From the NCBI GenBank assembly GCA_012295275.1, contig CM022677.1, positions 17,174,001-17,238,000 on the forward strand: a stretch of 64,000 bases of DNA, read 5' to 3'. Position numbers and translations under genes: made by a program. This stretch comes from Chrysomallon squamiferum. Taxonomy: Eukaryota > Animalia > Mollusca. The notes under the pieces are model-generated. The model ran no database searches. It saw nothing but the letters and a program-made list of their open reading frames with translations, and had not been told where the DNA came from. The stretch's first letter is position 1; each line of letters opens with the position of its first letter. This document shows, piece after piece, positions 55,249-64,000 of this stretch.

Positions 55249-55720
55249 TATTGAGTAATGTGGTATACTGAGTAATATGGGATACTGAGTAATATGATAT
55301 TACTGAGCAATATAGATGCTGAGTAATATTGTATATTGAGTATATGGTATTATTGGGTAATATGGTATATTGAGTAATATGGATTGAGTAATATGGTATG
55401 CTGAGTAATATGGCATTATTGAGTAATATGGTATATACTGAGTAATATGATATATTAGTAATATTGTATAATTCAGTAATATGGTGTATCGGGTAATATG
55501 GTATATTGAGTAATATTGAGCAATATGGTATATTGAGTAATATTGAGTAATATGGTATATTGAGTAATATTGAGTAATATGGTATATACTGAGTAATATC
55601 GTATATTGGATAATATGGAATGTTTAGTAATATGGTATACTGAGTAATATGGTATATACTGAGTTATATCGTATATTGGATAATATGGAATGTTTAGTAA
55701 TATGGTATATTGAGTAATAG
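55249..55720 (+). repeat. 17-19-bp minisatellite (TGAGTAATATGGTATA(T/C)) with a 70-bp higher-order duplication
   Basis: The unit recurs about 25 times; GTATATTGGATAATATGGAATGTTTAGTAATATGG occurs at 55601 and 55671. Confidence 0.9.
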
Positions 55721-56416
55721 AGTGTGGGTTTGGTTTGCTATGCTATACTACGGTATGGTATGGTTTGTATCTATGGTGTGGCATGGTGATATACTACAAT
55801 ATGGTACGAGAGCTTAGAGTAGGTTAGAGCCCGGAATAGTAGGGTAGGGAAGGATAGGATAGTGTAGATTAGGGTATAGTCCGGTATGCCATGGTATGGA
55901 ACGCAGTGATGTGATATGGAAAGGCATACTGTGGAATAGTATGACATACGAAATAGTCTGATTATTATATGCAACACAGTGTACGATACAGTATGTATTT
56001 TACATCACGCACGGTATCATATGTTAAACCATTACACCGCATTCTATACAGCACCGTACGTCATATTACAAGTAACACGTAAATAACAATCACATTCTAA
56101 CTGTACTGAGACGTCATTATTCAAACCTTGCTTACAACTCAGCAACTGAAACGGACAACAGAGAAACTCGCCACGCATACAAAACTGACGCGCTCCAAGT
56201 TCTGATTGCACTCTATTTATTATTAAACCTCTTAATTGCTCGAATCGTCCAGGGAATTAACGTCAGATCGAAGGAAATCCTCGTTTATAAGTCGCATTTC
56301 TGAGAGACAGTGTTTTAAACCGGCCGTTTCCCATAAGTTCTCTTACGAGAAGACTTCATATATTGTAATTACTGCTATACAACAAACAAGTATTGTAAAT
56401 ACTACTGATACTACAA

Positions 56417-57225
56417 TGAGAATATGTTATTTTACTAAAAGACTTGAGAATACGTTATTTTACTAAGACTTGATAGATTGTTACTACAAGACTTGAAAAT
56501 AGGTTATTTTACTACAAGACTTGAGAATACGTTATTTTACTAAGACTTGATAGATTGTAATTACTACTATACCATAAAACAGAATACGTTGTTTTACTAA
56601 GACTTGAGAATACGTTATTTTACTACAAGACTTGACGACATTTGATTTCCAAATGATTACTGTCAGCTCTGTATTTAGTTAGTTAGTTAGATGTGTCTTT
56701 CCTCTGTCAAGAAAAATTTATTTTACTAAGACTTGATAGATTGCAATTACTACAATACAACAAACAGGTCGTTGCGAAAACGTTATTTTACTACAAGTCT
56801 TTAGAATACGTTATTCTACTAAGACTTGAGAATACGTTATTCTACTAAGACTTGAGAATACGTTATTCTACTAAGACTTGAGAATACGTTATTTTACTAA
56901 GACTTGAGAATACGTTATTTTACTAAGAATTGAGAATACGTTATTTTACTAAGACTTGAGAATACGTTATTCTACTAAGACTTGAGAATACGTTATTCTA
57001 CTAAGACTTGAGACTTGAGAATAGGTTACTTCAATAAGACTTGAAAATACGTTTTTTACTAAGACTTGAGAATACATTTTTTACTAAGACTTGAAAATAC
57101 GTTATTTTAACAATACTTGAGAATACGTTATTTTAATAAGACTTGAAAATACGTTTTTTACTAAGACTTGAGAATACGTTATTTTAATAAGACTTGAAAA
57201 CCGTTTTTTTACTAAGGCTTGCTAG
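56417..57225 (+). repeat. 26-bp minisatellite (AAGACTTGAGAATACGTTATT(T/C)TACT)n
   Basis: Exact 26-nt period from 56821 to about 57010, with variant units on both sides. Confidence 0.95.
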
Positions 57226-57483
57226 AATTGTTATTATTACTATACTGTAAAACAGTCGTTGAATATACATTATTTTACTACAAGAATGATTGTAGTTATG
57301 TGTTTTATTACTAATAAAGTCACTTGGCATCACTGATCGTGGAAAAGTCAATTGGAAATGGATGAATATATAAAACATGTCTGTTATAAATTTAAACAGA
57401 AACAGTAAGCAGATAAAAAAGGTATAATTAAGTTATACATTGAAAACCAGTGAAAAAAGAATAGTTCATATTTTTTATAAAAC

Positions 57484-57544
<61 letters not shown>

Positions 57545-57567
57545 GTCTATCTATCTATCTATATCTA

Positions 57568-57619
<52 letters not shown>

Positions 57620-57764
57620 ATAGGAACAAAATAATGCAGATAGTAAAATATAGTATAATGGTTTAGCATAATTATACTACAGTACAGTACACAATAGTAT
57701 TGGATAGCATAGTACAGCATAGTACTGGATAATACAATACCATGTTATAATCATACTATATAAG

Positions 57765-57914
57765 ATACCAGAGTATAGCGTAACAAACGTAATTAAAATA
57801 TAACAACACATTACTCATACATACAACATACTAGAGGATAGCGTAACAAACGTAATTAAAATATAACAACACATTACTCATACATACAACATACCAGAGG
57901 ATAGCGTAACAAAC
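57765..57914 (+). repeat. 63-bp tandem repeat, ~2.4 copies
   Basis: TAACAAAC at 57781, 57844 and 57907. Confidence 0.93.
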
Positions 57915-58112
57915 ATTAACTACTCCGACCAGTTCATTAACTTCTGATAAACTCAGATCATACACGTACATGCAAACATCCCACATTAAACTAGATATTC
58001 AACTGTCTCGTCAAACTACTCTGAAGTTCCTAATGAACGTGTCTCGCACCGACATAACGCAGACGATAAGAATTAAACTTTCCGTCAAGACTATATTAAC
58101 ATTCAACGACCC

Positions 58113-58130
58113 GCGTTGTCATGGCAACGC
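58113..58130. promoter_or_regulatory. RFX X-box-like palindrome GCGTTGTCATGGCAACGC
   Basis: The core GTTGTCATGGCAAC (58115-58128) differs by one base from the ideal GTTGCCATGGCAAC. Confidence 0.35.
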
Positions 58131-58400
58131 TAAACCTCCCGTCTGGCCTGTCTGAATGAAGTGGACATTAGAATTATTATGAAATTGACCAGAAATATCA
58201 AAAGTAAAAAAAAAAAAAAAAAAAGAAAAAGGAAGAAAATTAAAGGGAGATCAGTGTAATGTGAAGTGCGAGTGAAGCACGAGTGATCACGGACAATGAC
58301 GGAAGAAGTCGAATGATGCCGAGCGTCATGCAGAACTGGGATTCTTCAGAAAAGCGTTGTGAATAAAGTGTGAACAAAGTAATTTTTTTCTCTTTATATG

Positions 58401-58450
<50 letters not shown>

Positions 58451-58552
58451 TGCATGTGTGAGATAGAGAGAGAAAAAAATGTAGGTTGGTAGGTAAGTAT
58501 TAATGTTAAGTAGATATGTTAGTAAAGTGAAGTAGGTAGGTAGGTAGGTAGG

Positions 58553-58596
<44 letters not shown>

Positions 58597-59030
58597 CAGA
58601 GAGACAGAGATAGACAGACAGACAGGTAGATAGGCAGATAGACATATTGATATAGAGATAGAACGATAAAGAGACAGACAGACAGATAGAGAGATAGATA
58701 GACAGACAGAGAGATAAAGAGACAGCTAGATAGATAGATAGATAGATAAATAGCTTGACAACAGTAACAACAACGACAACAATAATAATAATAATGATAT
58801 ACCGTAATTAAATACTGACAGATAGAGAAAGAGAGAGATAAATAATGGTACACAAACATATAGATGAATAGATGGGTTAACAGTCACACAGTCAGACAGA
58901 TATAGAGATAAGTAGATAGAGAGATAGATAGATGAATGGATGGATGGATGAATGGATGGATGGATTGATGGATGGAGAAATATATAGATCGACAGATAGG
59001 TCGAGAGATAGAACGACGGAACGCGAATGA

Positions 59031-59317
59031 AAAACAAAGAAAAGAAAGAATGGAACAATTAAATGTTTAAATAAATCTAAATAAATAAAAGGAAAAATAA
59101 AGTTCAAAAAATCTTTAAAAAAACAAAATTTTAAAACTAAAGAAATTCAATAACTTAAAAAAAAAAAAAAAAAAAGGAATCCGGTACTGATAACTAAACA
59201 TTTTAATTTTATTTATAACAATAGAGAAAGAAAAAAATTGTTTTACTTTTATTACTTTTTTAAAATTTGCTTTTAAAAAAAATCGATATCCCTCATATTA
59301 AATTACAGAACAAACAG
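59031..59317 (+). repeat. Dispersed ~280-bp AT-rich repeat, copy 2
   Basis: See 47722-47997. Confidence 0.85.
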
Positions 59318-59987
59318 AATAAGATTTCAGAAAACAATTAGTAAAGTAAGTATACAGATAGGTAGGAAAGTAGCCATATGGATACAAAAAAGGACATATG
59401 AATATGCATACAGACACACAGACCGACATATAGGTAGGTACGTTGATAGGCAAATAGGCATAGAGAAATGGAAACATAGAGATGCATCGTATAATACGTA
59501 TACATATAAAATCTCTATACAAAAAATTATAAGGTGAAATACGTGACCATGTTTGATCTTTGTATGCATCTTCTTTATTCGTGTTCAAGCCTGGGCTAAG
59601 AAAGTGTCCGCGCATTTACATATTTTACAAACGCAGCACGCTAAAACGTGATTACAATCAGTCCGATGATGACGAAGTGTGCGCGATGTTTGCTTCACCC
59701 GTATTCACCAGTTTCTGTCGTGCATGTGTAAGTGTTTTTCGTGCGTAAAATCTCGGCCGATGTCAGTGAATTCCTCTTTATTACAGGCTAGATTTAAAAA
59801 AAAACAATAGCTAGACGAAAACTATTTTATTAAATTTTTTATTTTTATTTTTATTTTTTTTTTTTATTTTTTTTTTTTATTTTTTTGCTTTAGCTCTGTT
59901 TATATCGTCGGATGCTAATATTTGATAACGTTACCAACGTAACTTCTGCTACTACTGCTCTTATTATTATTATTATTATTATTATTA

Positions 59988-60140
59988 ATGCTTCGATACG
60001 ACTTCTGTTACGTCCATTGCTACTTCTGTTACTACTACTACAATGCTTCGTTACTACTTCTGTTACGTCCATTGCTACTTCTATTACTACTACTACAATG
60101 CTTCGTTACTTCTTCTGTTACGTCCATTGCTACTTCTGTT
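59988..60140 (+). repeat. 55-bp tandem repeat, ~2.7 copies
   Basis: CGTCCATTGC at 60011, 60066 and 60121. Confidence 0.92.
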
Positions 60141-60357
60141 TAATTACCTTAAGTATACTTGTATTACTATATTACCTTAGTATACTACTTGCTGACCTCT
60201 GTTACCATTCTAATACAAATACTACAAGATTACCGATAGTATTACCCTACAACCTCGACCACTTATTACTACTACTACTGCTACTACTACGACCACCACC
60301 ACATCAACTTATATTGTTATCATCATTGCTACTGCTACTTCTTTTTTTAAAACTACA

Positions 60358-60512
60358 CTATCTCTGTTACAATTATACTATCTCTCTTACAATTTTACTA
60401 TCTCTGTTACAATTTTATTATCTCTGTTACAGTCTTACTATCTCTGTTACAATTTTACTATCTCTGTTACAATTTTACTATCTCTGTTACAATTTTACTA
60501 TCTCTGTTACAA
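60358..60512 (+). repeat. 20-bp minisatellite (CTATCTCTGTTACAATTTTA)n, ~7.5 copies
   Basis: Exact 20-nt period. Confidence 0.95.
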
Positions 60513-62401
60513 CCAACAGTTACCACTCCTCATTCTGCCATCACTATTTATCCTGTTACTGCTACAACTACGTCTGCTACAACTACTATACTAGCCCTGC
60601 CACTTTTACTGTTTACATTACTACTAAAACTATTCCCACTTCTACTACCACTAATACTAATGCTGCTTCGACTACTATTATTACAACTACCGCAGTTATT
60701 TCTACTACTATTAATACTACTACTAATTTTGCTACTTTTCTTATAAGTACTACTACTGCTACTATTACTGAGAGTAATAGTACAAACACAACTACCATCA
60801 AGCTGCTGCTATGGTTTCTACAGCTACTGATACTTGTAAATATAACTTTAAAAAATCGATGTAACTTTATATATCATTCATACCTGCATCTCTGATAAAA
60901 GCTGTATAAAGACAACAAGAAAATTAACCAAAGATTCACGCACTTATTATTAGTATCAGTGTACGCTTTGACCTTTGCTAATACGAACACAAATAGACAA
61001 ATACGTTATAATAGAGAAATATGCTGATGTCACTACTTGTAATAAAAGCAAGAGAAACCTAAATTAATCTCTTTAACTGGCTTATGAATTCTTCTTATGT
61101 TTAAGGATGTTTAATATATTTTGTTTGTGATCCTATCTCCTATACGTATAAAAATGTATGTTATCATTTCTGTAATAGCTGCAGTAGTAGTAGTGGTAGC
61201 ATAGTAGTAGTAACACCAGCATGAGTAACAGTAGCTGTAGATGTAGTAGTAAATTTGTTATTAGTAGTAGTAGTGATAAAATAATATTAATGATTATAAA
61301 TACTAGAGATGGAAACAGGAGTAACGGTGATACAAGTAGTAGCTATAGAAATACTTATAGTAAGAATAGTATTAGTAGCAGTAGTAGTAGTAGTAGTTTC
61401 AATAGTAGTAGTAGTAGTAGCTATAACTGTAGTTTCAGTAGTAATAGTAGTAGCAGCAGTAGTAGTAATAATAATAGTGGCAGTCGTAGTAGTAGCAGCA
61501 GCAGCAGAGTAGCTGTTATAGTAGTAGCATAGTATTAGTAAAAGTAATTGTATTAATAATAACAATAAGTAGTAGTTGTAGCAGCAGTAGTAGTAGTAGT
61601 ATTAATATCTGAAGCAGTAGTGATCGAAGTAGTAGTAGTAGTAGCAGCAACAGCATTGTTGTATTAGTCGCAACATTAGATATAATATTGTATTAAAATG
61701 AGAGATATTAACTACGAATCGTCCGGCAAAGAATCTTGTCTTATACTGAAATATTTATTAATAAATTTCATGTGAAAAAAACATCCAGAACTTTCTTTGT
61801 TCATCTTTGTTCTCTCTTTTTTTCGGAAATATGTTATAAATCTAACGCGAGGGCGAGACAAATTCATTATCAGAGTCAATGTCCTCTTTCTTCTTCTTTT
61901 CGTTTTAATCTTCTTCTTTTCTGTATTTTTATTTTAATTTTTTTTTTTTTTTTTTTTTTTTTTTCATCAGATCACTAAAAAGGAGACATATATAGAGAAA
62001 AACGCTATAACTACAGACATCGTTTTTTCAAATATCCGTTTTGTATATATTGTTATTATCATAAAGCAGACGTAGTAGTAGTAGTAGTAGCAGAGGTAGT
62101 AGTAGTAGTAATAGTAGTAGTAGTAGTTATAGCAGTATAGATGATTATCTAGTAGTAGTTGTTTACCAGCAGTAATAATAAACAGCAGAAGTTATAATTG
62201 CTCTAGTAGTAGTTGTTTTACTGTAAATAGTAATAATAGTAGTAGTCATAGATAATAATAACAGTTGCAGTAGTAGTAGTAGTAGTAGTAGTAGTTGTTG
62301 TTGTTGTTGTGGTTGTTGTAATAGTAGGTTCGTTGTTGAAAATTAAATAGTGCTGTCGGGAAATCTATTTCTGTGAATGTATTTGTTTGAGTCTGTCTGC
62401 C

Positions 62402-62476
<75 letters not shown>

Positions 62477-62559
62477 CAACAATATATACATATACAACCA
62501 CAAACACAAAACATATAAAAACCTACATATATACATTGACACATACACAAACACAGAAA

Positions 62560-62669
<110 letters not shown>

Positions 62670-62963
62670 TAGATACACACACACTCACACATAACACACA
62701 AACAAACACACAAACACGATGCTATGCTGCTGATATTTAGAACCTTTGACATTCAGCAACACATCCTGAGGGCAGAATCGTTTTAAAAAGTCTGATTTAA
62801 CCACAGACAGACAGTCAGACAGACAGACGAACAAACACGTTCCTATTTAGAACTGAAACTGACGCAGGTGTTATTCAAACTGCCCCAAGCCAAGTCGACG
62901 CTTATTAAAACGAGTGGCAATGAAAGATCAAAGAACTTAGCCACCTTAGCTGCAAGAAATAGA

Positions 62964-63023
<60 letters not shown>

Positions 63024-63211
63024 GTTCAGATAACAGTTCACTAGATGTCTGATTGTGTGAGTGTATCTTTGGATGATGGACTGATGTGAGTCTATTGGTA
63101 TATGTGGTAAATATTATATCGATTTCAGTGAGGTTTTTTGGTGTGAGTATGTTTATATGTGTGTTTCTGTGCGTTTCTGACTGCATAGATATTAGGCAGA
63201 TATTAGGTTGT

Positions 63212-64000
<789 letters not shown>

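Noticed and set aside
56417-57225. CRISPR-like appearance of 26-bp repeats with one foreign insert
   Set aside because: Units are head-to-tail without regular unique spacers, there are no cas genes, and the context is eukaryotic.

Overview
Eukaryotic, AT-rich genomic DNA that is extremely dense in microsatellites. The repeat landscape and protein style suggest an invertebrate animal; a mollusc/cephalopod is my best guess and this is inference only. One protein-coding exon is supportable: 31113-31791 on the minus strand, the first coding exon (signal peptide plus N-terminal part of the ANF-receptor ligand-binding domain) of a natriuretic-peptide-receptor / receptor-guanylyl-cyclase family gene. 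It ends at a canonical phase-1 GTAAGT donor. I found no second coding exon in 1-31112, so that half is probably one long intron; 31.8-64 kb is 5'UTR, upstream or intergenic sequence. The other ORFs in the track are translations of simple repeats, antisense/alternative-frame shadows, or short ORFs I cannot assign to any family. The non-coding DNA contains many micro- and minisatellites, a decaying ~170-bp satellite, several dispersed repeat pairs (one ~94% identical inverted pair inside the intron), an 85-bp templated insertion, a probable assembly chimera, and several homotypic transcription-factor motif arrays around the exon (CRE, RCGTG, AGGTCA, GGCACGCG, plus a single CTCF-like site). I see no rRNA, tRNA, CRISPR array or autonomous transposon. 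I cannot honestly claim a new multi-gene system; the best leads are the orphan receptor and its repeat-built candidate regulatory elements.
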